A DNA stretch of 64,000 bases from Paraphysomonas bandaiensis (GCA_965644295.1 CBFFRP010000144.1:151501-215500), one strand, 5' to 3'; counted from the stretch's first letter, positions 1 through 12,883 are shown. Notes: generated by a model not told the origin, from the sequence alone. Made by a program: numbers and translations.

Positions 1-2681
1 CGGTCATGGACAAATACAAGGGGAAGAATAGAGCTCGGTTGATGCGAGTAAGTATCTATCGTATTTGTGCTGTTCACACTTTTGAATAACGCAGTGCAGA
101 AAAGCAGCTCAGTAAGCATTGAAAGGAAGGTAGAAATTGGAACTATCCCTGTGCCATTGCCCATGCAGCGGCGCATACATGAAATGCCTCCTGTTACAGA
201 GAAGGAAGATCCAGTGCTATTTGGGGCCATCCCACCCATGGATTTTGATATCATCGTGGAGGACAGGTAATACGAAGCGTGCACATTGGAAAGATATGTA
301 ATGGTTGGGTGTTAATTGTGTATAGTTCTCACATGGTGGAGGAAGAAGCGGAAGCGGCGGATGATCTGTCTCTTTCTGATTTTTCTCTCTCTTCATCACA
401 GATATTTCTTGCGCCGGAGATAAAGGATATGCTCCAGGTACTTATACCAGTATACTTCGACATCATTACTCAATGATTTGCTGATGCTTCTGTAGGTGTG
501 CAAGCCCTACTTGAATCACACATGCACGCTTACCACATGTCCCCATGCGCACCCCCATATAAGGGACAAAGCAAAGGTCACGTATGCGAGGTGAATATTT
601 CTCACTATTCATATATGTGATTGTGCGTGCTTGTGATGTTGTTAGTTGAGTATTTTCCATTCATATACATGTATATTGATGTACCAGTAACCTGACGTAT
701 ATTCATATATATATGGTTTTCATGCAACACACTGGGATTCAGGATTCCTGGACTTACGAGACGAGTACCATTTGTAAGTGTGTGCGAAGAATGGATTGTT
801 GGAAGCTGCCCACGGGGTGAAACGTGTGAGAAGTATCACGTGTACGTTCGCCCATCTACCAAGGACATAATCCAGAGGATGTATCCTATACAGGTATCTT
901 CCCGTACATTATTTAATGCTGTAAAATATATTTTATATATGTTGTATGTGTATGATGTTCTCTGTGTGCGCTTCACAAATGTGTACAGGAGGGAACTAGG
1001 GCACAGATATTCAAGAGTGGAGCGGTGCTGGAGGGAAATGTCAAGGGAAACCAATTCCGTGGATACGGTGTGATGCACTGGAAGTCTAAGGCCACATATA
1101 TGGGTGACTGGAAGGGGGGCATGCGGCATGGATTTGGAATTTATCGATCGCGGGATGGACGTGAGTACGTCGGGCTTTGGCGAGAGGGGCGTAAGGACGG
1201 ATGGGGAGTATTGACACATCCCAATGGGGAGGAGTACGTTGGCCAGTTTAAAGAAGGCAAAATGTCGGGAATAGGTACACTCACAAGTCGATCTGGTGAC
1301 GTGTATGAAGGCATGTTTGAGAAAGGAAAATACGAAGGGTTTGGAACATTCCGCAAGAAGAATGGAGATGTATATATGGGTTACTGCCGCAGCGGCATGG
1401 CGGATGGTCTTGGGGTCCTTTCTCTTTTCACTGGTGAGAAGTACAAAGGATATTTTTCGAGGAATGCTCGACATGGCAAGGGTGTTTGTGCATATCCCAA
1501 TGGGTCTCGGTATGCTGGACTATGGTATCGGGGTATGCACGAAGGCTACGGGATATACTTGGCACCGCCAGATGAAAATGGGACACGAGAGAGGTATGCT
1601 GGGGAATGGGCAGCTGGAAAGAAGCATGGGCAGGGCCGGTACTTCTTTGCCAATGGTGACTTTTACGATGGCGACTTCAGGGTAAATAAAGCCAAGGGTA
1701 TGGGAATATACGTTCATACTGTGGAGGGTAATATATACAAGGGGGAGTGGGACAATGACATGCGGAACGGCAGAGGAACGTACAATTTTTCTAACGGCAG
1801 TCGCTACACGGGTGGGTGGTTGAACAACGACATTCACGGGAAAGGAAAATTTGACTTCGCATGTGGATCATTTTACAGGGGTGAGTTCAAGAAGAATATC
1901 AAGCATGGCCGCGGTGTTTTTGTGTGGCCGAATGGGAACACGTACAAAGGGACTTTTGTCGAAGGAATCATGGAGGGGCAGGGGGAGATGAAGTATTGTA
2001 CCGGACATGTGTACACCGGCAGCTGGCGTGATAACAAAAAGAATGGGTTTGGAGTGTTTAGGTACTTTGAGGGACACGTATATGAGGGGCATTGGGTGGA
2101 TGATGTGCGAGAGGGTAAGGGTAAGATGACGTTTTATCCAGGCACCTACCTACAAGAAAGGTATGAAGGAGACTGGGTGGCGGGACAGATGCATGGAGAG
2201 GGAACATATATTTATAGGGAGGCTGATGGAACGGTGTACGAGGGAAGCTGGGTAAAAAACCGTCGTCATGGGAAAGGAAAGATAACATTTAAAGACAAGA
2301 GCTTTTACCGCGGCGACTTCGTGGATGAACAGATGCACGGAAGAGGGGTTCATGTCAGTGCGGATGGAACGCAGTACGAGGGAGAGTGGTACGAAAACAA
2401 GCGTCATGGAGATGGTATACTAATGGCTACGGACGGGAGCATTTACCAGGGCACCTTTTGGCACAATCGGCGACACGGCAAAGGAACAACGGAGTATGTT
2501 AGTGGGAACATGTATACTGGGACATGGGATGAGGGCCACATCACAGGGAAAGGAGTCGTGACACTGCAGTGTGGAGAGGGATCTTTCGGTGGGCCTACTC
2601 AGGTACTAAGTCTATCGTCAAGTTGTACGTTTAATAGACGTTGATATCTTTCAGGTTCGGGTGAAAGTATTTGGCTTCTAG
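1..2681 (+). CDS. MORN-repeat protein with two N-terminal CCCH-type zinc fingers (multi-exon, 5' end outside window)
   Basis: ORF 1025-2644 is >20 tandem MORN repeats (YxGxWxxGxxHGxG). Upstream exons encode VCKPYLNHTCTLTTCPHAH (~496-552) and CEEWIVGSCPRGETCEKYH (~783-839). GT-AG introns are present; the last exon 2655-2681 reads VRVKVFGF*. Confidence 0.88.
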
Positions 2682-3186
2682 ATAAATAGTTTATGTGTAA
2701 ATGCAACTGTATATAACGACGGATACGATTTCATATCTACCTCATACCGAGTGTATGAAGATAGTAGACCATATGTGCTTGTTTAGAAATGCAGGTTCAA
2801 TTTTGATCAGAGGTATACTTGCGACGAATTGTAGAAAGATTGCTTTATAATATGTACATCACTGAAGTTGAACGCTACCTGTTACGAATCACTATTTACC
2901 TATCTAATAATATAGGTGAAAACAATGTACGCATACGCACAATGAAATAACAGTGTCAACATGAGAAGGCACGAGATACAATGAAGTATGATTCGTTTTA
3001 GTGCTCCAACCATTGTGCTGCATTATTTGGGTTTCACAATGAATTCACTCTTTGACTAATAATAAACTGGTGCTCACAATCACAAAAAAATAAGTTTCTG
3101 TTGTGTTTATCTATTTTAAAATCTCCATTTTTTATTACACTTGCAACAAGGGCCACCATGATTTATTCCTTTAGTAGTGAATATGT

Positions 3187-4284
3187 CAGGGCCTGGTAAC
3201 CGTTAATGGTAACGGCATTAATGGTAATGCCATTATAATTGCCGGAAACTGGACTATCATTAATAGTATCCCATTAGTAGAATGTACTGGTACTTGATAT
3301 ATGCTATATATAGCACTAAGTGAAATCTAAATAATATGCTTAACAATAAACAATGTTCATGCAACTCTACAGCTACTTTGTGGAAACTTTATTCATTATC
3401 AGCGACAAACTTAATGCTACAAGAATTAGAAAATAGTTTCCTGGGCAATAAGGTAACAACGTACTCATACTCAAAATGTGCATATTTCACCTAGAAAACA
3501 TTCATAAAAATATTCTTTTTCCCCAAGAAAGTTGAAAGGAGCTGCAGTACACAACTAAACAAAATAATTTTACTCTGCAATATAAAGCAACGATGATTGT
3601 CAAAAGAGTTGATGAGAGTGTAATTTACAGAGTCTTCTCAGTATCACCGAGTCACCTTCCTTCGTTCCGGCTTTATGTTTGTTTTTGACTCAGAGCGAGC
3701 AAACTGGTATTCCTTGTTGATGAAAGATCTAAAGACGTTTAAGAATGCGGCTTGCTCTCATCCGATAGAAATCACGACAAATATGCAGGAACTGATTTTG
3801 CACAGGGTGTTCGGGACAGCGCCGAGGTCACCAAGAGTGCTCGACTTGGTACCTATGAGTCCAACTACTGCTGCTTGCTTTATGTCGAAGCAAATCTAAT
3901 GTTGTTGAGAGGCTCTTTAGTCGTGCAAACTATTCGATTAGGGTTAGGGTTAGGGTTAGGGTTAGGGTTAATCTCACCTGAACGTAGAAACATGAATCCA
4001 TATCGCCTAGAATTATTGCTATTCCTACAGCCAATTACATGTTGTGGGATGCTTATTCCCACCTTGAAGCCCTCTGCAAGATCCTGATGTGCCAGTGGAG
4101 AGCGAGAAGTAGTTACAATTCGTAGTCTGTTATTACACTAAAAATTAGTAATTAAGGGAGAATAACTACACTATCTATATAGGAGTGGTACTATCTAATT
4201 TTAGGTATTAATGGCCCACTAATTGCCAATATAATTTGCCGGGAACTAGACTACCATAATTTAATGGTTACCAGTCAGGCTCTG
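3187..4284. mobile_element. Decayed TIR DNA transposon (hAT/P-like, 8-bp TSD), non-autonomous
   Basis: Left end CAGGGCCTGGTAACCGTTAA; right end TTAATGGTTACCAG(TCAG)GCTCTG is its inverted repeat. Flanks GAATATGT (3179-3186) and GAATGTCT (4285-4292) look like a degenerate 8-bp TSD. A subterminal direct repeat ataat(t)tgccgg(a/g)aact(g/a)gacta occurs near both ends. Confidence 0.65.
3927..3971 (+). repeat. Interstitial telomeric sequence: AAA-CTATTCGA-(TTAGGG)5-TTAA
   Basis: Five perfect TTAGGG units at 3938-3967, preceded by the same CTATTCGA leader found at 60433 and 63465. Confidence 0.95.
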
Positions 4285-4818
4285 GAATGTCTTATTGTTA
4301 GCAACACAGGCGTTTAAGCGCCAGAACTAATTTAGAATTTCAATTTAACTAACTAGTGCTTACCCCTCAACAAAATCGGAGTCGCACCTTTTAGGGGTGT
4401 TCTGGGGGATAAGTACCGGAGAGATTTCTCCGAGAAACTAACATGAGCCGCCCACATTGCCAGCAGGTAATGTCTGCCCACTCAGAGTCTAATGCTTGTG
4501 TGTGATACAAGAAGGGACACTAATGAAAGTCACTTGTGTAGATGTCTTTGGATCCTGATGAATAAACATGCATTCGGGAATGAGCCCACCTCAAGGGCAT
4601 CCGGGACTGGGCCAACCTGAAGAGTAATCGAGAAATTGGGCTGTCTGCTGAAGTCAACCAGTATCGGGCTGTTCACCTTAAAGACTCAAAAATCCTGATG
4701 TCAGCAGATGCCAGGTACATCAGCATTCTGCCTGCTCACTGCGTTTGCTTGAGTGATAGAGCGGAAGTGGTTGCATCATTGTGCTTGCAGGTGACGCACA
4801 AGCAGCTTTCGTAGTAGG
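4285..4818 (+). mobile_element. Dispersed repeat family R1, copy A (decayed TIR-bearing element)
   Basis: Core cctcaacaaa(a/g)tcgga(g/c)tcgcacctttt...cccacctcaagggcatc...gctgttcaccttaa...gtggttgca is shared with copies near 13.5, 13.8, 44.2, 45.2, 50.4, 51.1 and 52.6-52.9 kb. The left ~70 bp is an inverted repeat of the right ends at 44705-44780 and 52859-52935. Confidence 0.8.
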
Positions 4819-5952
4819 ATATAGTAGGCTCCAAATGTTTATCAAATTCACACTATGCACTTTTGATGCATGTGCCTTTGGTCTTAGATTATAGACAATG
4901 GTTTCAAATTATGTGATTCCGTTGAGACGATTACTGGCCGCAGACACCAATTCTCCACAGGTAAAAATCGAAGCTAGCAAATTGCTTGTTTAACCTAACC
5001 CTAACCTAAACCTCGCAATTTAGCCACCGGTCTAACAGTTCCATACACGTCATATTGAATCACATCATGTTCCCTGCAGCGCTATCAACGATTTTGAGTG
5101 CTTCCGCCACATGTTGAACAGTCCTTTCGAGTCATTTATTAAGTTCCTCCTCGTATTCGTTTCTAGAGTCCTAAATGGTTTTCTAACCCTAATCCTAAAG
5201 TATGATCATACTTTGGGTTTCTTCGTCCAGTTGATCACCCCAAACTGATAGAACTTCGGATATTGCTTCCAATCCAAACTACCACCCGCGACCATGTAGT
5301 GTTTGATATGGAACTCACTCAATAATCAGTTAGAAAAATATATCTCAATAACATTTCTCATCAATCATTGTCATTCACAATATTACCAGATTCGTTTATA
5401 GAGCCAATATAATTCAGTTTAGCTAAGCTACTTCATAGAACATCATCAACTTCATATACTCATATACTGTCTTTAAAAGACGGATTGTTCAGCCAAGTAA
5501 AGGCCGTAATTCGAAAACTTAGAAATGCAGCTTTCAATGGCTTGAAAATAGGCATGGTGAACTGATATATTATATTGATGTATAGGATCGTAGCTATCTA
5601 AGATCTGGCATCATTGATTTGTAGAAGTGACGAGATAAATTTAGTGAATGATAATGAATGACGAGGGATGTTGATCACAGCTTCCTTAATTGTCTGTTGC
5701 GTGTACGTTAAGATCATTTTAATCAAGGTAAACAATTAAACCATCCTACAAATGCCGATTTCGGATAATTACGTCCTTACCTCAGTGTCAGATACACATA
5801 TCAACTATATCTGTAAAAACAGTGTAATTTATGTACATCAGTTCTCATTATTTCTGCAACGCTGAATTCGTTTCTTTGCTACAATCATGCCTGTTCCATT
5901 CACAACCAAAGGTTGCATACATTTTAGCAAAACGACAGGGCTAAAACCATAA

Positions 5953-6669
5953 TCATACTACAGTATTCATACGATATGTCCTCATTTCACAATTTTGAAA
6001 CCTGACAAATTGCTGAGAATCCCCCGGCTCCAAAACTCTCGCAAACAACACTCTAAGAAACGCTGAATGGGATACAACAATAATTTCTGACTCTGAGCGG
6101 TTCTCAATCCATCGAACGAATTCCCGTGCCCTCTTCTCCAAGTCATCCGCAGGCTCCCGTTCGTCGTATAAGTGATATAGGGGGTCCCTATCTTGAGTGA
6201 TCTCACCGAAATCAACAATATCGCAATACGACGAAAGGTGGGATATTGGTAGGCGTCTATCGCATGGATGTAGACCAGTCTGCTCCCTCACACACTCCAG
6301 AGCTATCAAAAATATGTGTCACAATGGTGCATATATAGGAATCCATGCTACAAACCTACCTATCCAAGGAACCTTGCCCACCATGTGAGGGAAGCATAGT
6401 CTAGCGGTTTGTAAGGTTCTGCGCATAGGCGACACCACGAGAAGGCTCGCATTATTCATACTCGTGCTTTTAGAAATTTCGTCGCAAAAGTCACGGCACT
6501 GACTCCTCCCCAACTCAGATATCTCCGCATCCTCTAGATCCTCCCGTAAATACTGAGATCTGTCAATCTCACCCGCCTCATTGTGGTAACCATGCGCGTG
6601 CCGGAGGAAGTGTATCAGCTTTGTCTTCATCCGATTTGAAGAGCTGGTCACAGACTCTGGGGAAAGCAT
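5953..6669 (-). CDS. Histidine phosphatase / phosphoglycerate mutase-like protein (2 exons)
   Basis: Motifs IHFLRHAHGYHN (RHG-type), VVSPMRRTLQTA and IIVVSHSAFLR. ORFs 6319-6669 and 5953-6309 are joined by a ~55-bp GT-AG intron (~6304-6359). Confidence 0.9.
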
Positions 6670-6699
6670 GATGATGCGCAGTTGAGCGAGCGATATGAA

Positions 6700-7421
6700 T
6701 GTACAGTATGTATGTATGTATGTATGTATGTATGTATGTATGTATGTATGTATGTATGTATGTATGTATGTATGTATGTATGTATGTATGTATGTATGTA
6801 TGTATGTATGTATGTATGTATGTATGTATGTATGTATGTATGTATGTATGTATGTATGTATGTATGTATGTATGTATGTATGTATGTATGATGTACAGTA
6901 TGTATGTATGTATGTATGTATGTATGTATGTATGTATGTATGTATGTATGTATGTATGTATGTATGTATGTATGTATGTATGTATGTATGTATGTATGTA
7001 TGTATGTATGTATGTATGTATGTATGTATGTATGTATGTATGTATGTATGTATGTATGTATGTATGTATGTATGTATGTATGTATGTATGTACGTATGTA
7101 TGTATGTATGTATGTATGTATGTATGTATGTATGTATGTATGTATGTATGTATGTATGTACAGTATGTATGTATGTATGTATGTATGTATGTATGTATGT
7201 ATGTATGTATGTATGTATGTATGTATGTATGTATGTATGTATGTATGTATGTATGTATGTATGTATGTATGTATGTATGTATGTATGTATGTATGTATGT
7301 ATGTATGTATGTATGTATGTATGTATGTATGTATGTATGTATGTATGTATGTATGTATGTATGTACAGTATGTATGTATGTATGTATGTATGTATGTATG
7401 TATGTACAGTATGTATGTATG
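6700..7421. repeat. (TATG)n microsatellite, ~720 bp
   Basis: Near-perfect TATG array with TGTACAG interruptions at 6700, 6892, 7157, 7362 and 7403, and one TACG at ~7091. Confidence 0.98.
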
Positions 7422-7562
7422 GATATCAGTGCGTTTGATTGGTTATGTTGATCGATATGTTGTTCTGTATTCCTCTTGTGTGATCTATATGCATCATCTT
7501 AGGCTGCTAGGCTGTTAGGCTGTTAGCACTACTCACTAATTTATTTGCTTAAGTTATACGAG

Positions 7563-10500
7563 ATGAATCTACCGGATTTACTTAGCGACCTCCTAGGTGT
7601 GGATAACGTACGTCGCAGAGACGCTGAACGCAAGTATGAGACTTTAAAATCCTCCAGCATGCCTCAGGTTAGATAGCATATATTACCTTCGGGCTTTTCT
7701 CCCTGTTACCAACTTTTATATGCTGTGGTAGCTGGCCAGAGAAATAGTTTCTACCATTCGTAATGATTCTGATGAGGGCAGACGAGGACTAGCCGCTGTT
7801 CTGCTCAGAGGAATCATAGTTCATGACGCTAGTACTCCACCGGTAGATGCGACCAATAGATATCTGTATTACTCACTTATGGGTTTTATATAAGGAGAGT
7901 GTCTCTTGGGATTTGAGGAATGATATTCTTCACTGCATGCTCCACGAGCCCGTGGGACATGTACAGCGCAAAATAGCGCATGCTGGTAGTTTCTATATTG
8001 GGATGTGTTTCCACAGTAATTTTCATATTAGTCGCTGCGTTAGCGAATATGGCTGAGTGGCCCGAACTCTTGCACAGTTTACCACAGATGTCTCTTTCTC
8101 CGGATCCTCGCATGCACTACCTTTGTTACTTTCTTATCGACAAGCTTGCAGGTTGCTGTTAAATAACCGTAATCGAATAGTGTCTCCTTATCTTGACTGC
8201 ATTGTAGAATATATAGGCCCCATTTTATTGGATAATGTTGGGGTTGTATGGGAAATTCTATCGCGGGGATTAGGGATGGATACCCCATTGTCGCTAAGAG
8301 TAGGTGCTGTGAACGCTGTTCTCTCTCTTCTCCATGAAGTTCCAGCCGACGTATTGAGTTCATCGGTACGGATTTTCCCTTCTCATACAACTGTTTCATA
8401 ACCGCATTGAATTCTATGTACAGCCTCATTCTTCCCTATTGTGCGGACTGGAAGCTGCGCACAGTATTATGCAGGCTGCGATGGAAGGTGGGTGGTGACA
8501 TAATTCGTACATTCTGTACTCAGGCTCTGTAAAAGGGGGCGATGAAGACAACCTTGTGGCTCTGTCTGGTAATATAATGCTTTGGTCTCATTGTATTACA
8601 TTGGGTGAAATCTTTACCTATGCTCACAGAGTCAGTCCTGCGACTAGTCTCAAACAAGCCAGAACTCACAGCTAGTTGCTGGGGTGGAATATTTGAGGTG
8701 CATACAGTCTTTTCTATTGTACTCAGTGGGGATGAAATGCACGACAGGTGTCCACTCGAGTTTGCTTGAACGCAGATATCGCGGATACAGTCAAGTGTAT
8801 TGCTTTGGGGGTACTTGCAATAACTATCTAATATCACTGGACTTACTTGCACTTCAGATATGTGTACAGCTCCTAACCAGCCCTTCCTCGTTGTGCTTCT
8901 GCAGGTTTTTTGCATACGTATATTAACTCATGATTGTGATTCCACTATTAGTAATGCAGAGTCGAGAGCTAGGTTTATTTCTCTCTGCGTGAAGTTGATG
9001 TCTGACATCGAAATCACAGACGGTAGGTGAACAGATTTTCCTTCTGCGAAGTGATTGACCTTATCCTCTAGATGGGTCCAGTCCGGGGTCTAATTATTCA
9101 TATACCCGCCCTCCTCCGTCAGACGACTTTTTCGGTGATGAAGATGGTGACGAGTCGGATTTGATAGAACACTCTACGCAGTCTCTGGAAAAAATGATTC
9201 GAGTTTTCCCAATAGAAGAATCGATCTCAGTTGTTTGTGGCTTACTTCCTCCCCTGTTACAGGTGTTGTTGACATACGGTTTCACATGGTGTTTTAATTT
9301 AAAATATAGGGTGACATCGGGTCTATCCGAACTGGTTTGGTTGTAACTAGCGTATTATTCGATACTCTTTCCGCAGAGATGCAGGCATATCTTACGCAGG
9401 TATTGACACTATTCCTTTCGTGTTACTCACGTCTTACTCTTTTCCGCTCAGATTGTTCCCGTGGTCCTTAACTACACGGAGCACCCATCACCCCGGTTCG
9501 TTCCTAATGTGACGCACGTATAGCTTTTCTTACCTTTCTCTAGAATTCGATTTTGTTCCTTTCGATGCTGCAAGTCTATTATATTATCACGCGAATCTGA
9601 ACATGAAGACGACGAAGGAGGCAATGATTCTTCTGCAAGGAATTTCGTGTCTGGGTATTACACTAGATTCCTTCCCTTAGCGCTTCAATCTTTACAGGTG
9701 GGCACTCTTTTTTGTTGATATTTCACAATCTGATTTGAGCTGAAAGGACAATTTTCAATTTCCAAGAGTTGCATATGCTGCATTGAATTCACTGCGGGCA
9801 TTTTGTGACCCACAGGTGTGTATCTTAAGCCCAATTTAGATTGCTTAATTCTTTATGTTAGGATTGTCCTGGATACGTACTCCAGAGTTTTGCAGGTAAT
9901 GAATGTAAATTGTTATCCTCTCGGACTTTACTGCTGTGCAGGAATCATATTAGAGGCAGCATGGAGTGTACTTAATACTCCCCAGTATCCGCTGTTTGTG
10001 ATGGTGAGTGCATTTTTGCTGTTCCGTTGGAATGATACCTTGTTAGGAGGAAGCAGTCAGCCTGGCTGGAAATGTATCGCTTCTCTCACCGGATGGGGTG
10101 TTTGATCCTTTTTACATTCCCTTTATGACGTATCTGAAAGACACTTTTTCTTCGGAGAAACTCGACACCTGTGATGATGCGATTGAGATATCACGATACA
10201 AGGTTGGTACAAGTCGTCACTTATTATTCAACCGATACAATGTATACGCAAAAGGGAAAATGCTTAGAATGTGCCGCATTGATGGGGACGGCTGTTGGTA
10301 TCCATACGTTTCACGACGATGCCATCAGATTGATGAATGAAATGACTGCAGCAACTGAATCGGTTTGCTTACGTTGTCATATCACTTGCTTCAGGCTAAC
10401 GTCAAGTAGGGGCTTGACTATACGGAACCTTTGTCGTCCTACATTGTGCAGACGTGCGCTCGTGTAGCAGGTATGATTGGTCGTGCAATGTCTGAACGAC

Positions 10501-12883
10501 GTAACTATTCCATCAGGAGTACTTGGTGATAGTTTTAGACCCTATGCGGAAAGGTGTGATAAAAATTTTATCCTCGTGTTGTTCATCTGTGTCCCATAGA
10601 TTAATACCTCCACTTCTGTCTCATATTTCTGAAGACCTCAATATTAATGTGCGTGCTAATTGGCATTCAGTGCTGAGCTAATATATTTTAGATTTATACT
10701 GAAGATAGCATGCAACATGATGCAGGAGCTGATGTAAGGATGAAACATATTGTACTCGTTGGTGTAATGTACTTGCCTAGCACTCGGACGGGTTCGAAGA
10801 GGTTTCAGCTTATAAAAGAGGGCTGGGGAAGATTAAAATAGTTCACAATAGTTACGAAGTCAATGAGCGGGAGATGAGCTGCCGGTAGTTGACATTACAT
10901 TGTGTAATTTTGTTTCTAATTACTGTCAGAGCTCTGTACCAGTACATGCTTGATGTTCCAATGGTAAGCCATAGCGATTTGTTGATAAAAGTAGTCATAT
11001 TTTTTCCTGCAGCTGATGTACTCGTTCGCCCCGGGCATCATGGAAGCTGCGTGTAGAGCGGCTTCCATTGTTCTCAATGATGAAATGTATCTCATACTTG
11101 GAGCATTATGCAGGTAGCTTTGTTTTGCTTCTTAGATCTTAGTTATTTTTCTTCGTGTGTGTGCAGTGATTCCCTCAAAATATTTGTGAGATATGCGGAT
11201 CCCAACGATGATTCTTGTGAAGTAGCAAAGAAGATGTTAGTTATGGGTTTAGGTATATATATGTCACTGAAATTGCGTTATGCTAACAATTCGTTCCAAG
11301 ATTGCATTCTTGGATTGATCCCGACATACTCCACTTGCTCGAGAACGCGAGAAGAAATTGAAAATAGTCAGGTATAGCTGACCGGAAAATAATGTCCCTA
11401 GTCATACTCCATAGGTTTTATTTGACTCTATAAGAGAAATGTTGAAAGTAATCGCTGATGCGCGGCGGTATTCACCGGGTTGGGGCATTGATGTTTCTGA
11501 TGATATGGTGTCTCTCCTTATCGCTGTTCTCTTGCACGATTCCAGTCATTGGGTTCAAAGGTACGCTTTCAGTGCGACGGCAAAATTGCCTTGGTTAGCT
11601 CGTAACTTTGTTTACAGGAATTATACTGCAGAGAATTCCGAAGGACTATCTGCTTTGCAGCTGAAGGTATGAATTTATTGCATCAGTATGTATGTATGTA
11701 CTGATATAGCTATGTACCTCCAGACTGAAGAGGACTTGTGGTTGAGTTTGTCGGATGCATTCGGTATTATGATTGCAGCATATTATACCCAAGCATTATA
11801 TTGTGGTTGTAGGTTGGTTATTGAAAGCATCACCTACACCTAGAACCACTGAAATTTTTTCGATAGAATTGTTACCTTTCTTGATGGTAATCACCTAGCG
11901 TCTGTGTACTCTTGTATATTAGATTTACCCGCTTGGTTTGACCAGGGCTTGTTGCAAGCATCATCTGAAGCTACTCCTCTACTTGCGACTGGACTATCCG
12001 TCTTATGTGATGCTGTTGATGTGTTGCCGTTGAATCATGTTACTGTACCGAAAAGTGCTGCATGTGATGATCTGGTGTCATGGTTGTTGCCTCATTTATT
12101 CCAGCATGTACGTTTTGCATCGATAATATGTTCCATTAAAATTATATATCTCCTAGCTTCGGACCCCAGAGTTAACGATTGACTGCATGTTCGGGATTGG
12201 TGTGTGTGCGATGAGAGCAGATGGAAGATTCGACTCCATTGTGGAACAAGCTGTATGTGATGCGGGAGCTATTATTGGTATGATTACCTATTTTGCGTAC
12301 TCTGTCTAACTATAAACAGCTAGCACTTGTGAAGATGATATAGAGCAGTTACGAATAAGGTAGGACTCTATGTGGTATCAGAGTCCATTTCTATTAAAGG
12401 TACTAAAATTATCGCAGAGATGTAGCGGTATCGGCGCTGTTGAAGTTGGCTGTTTTTCGCCAGCATACGCTTCCATCTTCATTGGATATTATTGAATCCT
12501 GTTTGCAAATGTTTCCTCTAGAATCAGATCCCTATGAGGCACGGGAAATTCATTCTTTAGTTGCTGATTTAGTTTTGGCCGGAGATCGGCGACTGTTGGG
12601 CCAACGGTTTCAGCTGCTACCGTCGTGGTTGGACATACTTGGACAACTCGGTATTTTGTGTGTTGGCATCATGAATGAATTGTGCTCTGCTAATGAGAAA
12701 TGCTGTGTCGGACTCAAGGACTATGATGAATTCTGGGATAGTCAAGTCGTCAATGTTTTCATTTTAAATAAAATCAAGACAATTGTGGCATGTGGAATTG
12801 CCGGCATGGATTCAAATCAATTCCAGGAAGCGAAAAACTCTACCCCCATTCAAATTCGTCAATTTTTTGAGCAGAAGCTGTAG
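7563..12883 (+). CDS. IPO5: Importin-beta family karyopherin, importin-5/Kap121-like (many short exons)
   Basis: Start MNLPDLLSDLLGVDNVRRRDAERKY; then LAAVLLRGII, EPVGHVQRKIA, EWPELL, an acidic loop DDFFGDEDGDE, and KGKCLECAALMGTAVG (cf. importin-5 GKxxECISLIGxAVG). C-terminal FPLESDPYEAREIH. About 30 GT-AG introns of 50-60 bp; exon boundaries are approximate. Confidence 0.8.

Noticed and set aside
3752-4087. ORFs containing LGLGLG / NPNPNP
   Set aside because: These come from translating the interstitial telomeric tract within a decayed element.
4990-5198. Degenerate CCCTAA-like runs (4990-5012, 5183-5198; similar at ~45130-45180)
   Set aside because: Too short and degenerate to score as telomere insertions or to show the leader convincingly.
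6682-7518. ORFs of repeating MYVC
   Set aside because: They are translations of the (TATG)n microsatellite, which lacks stop codons.
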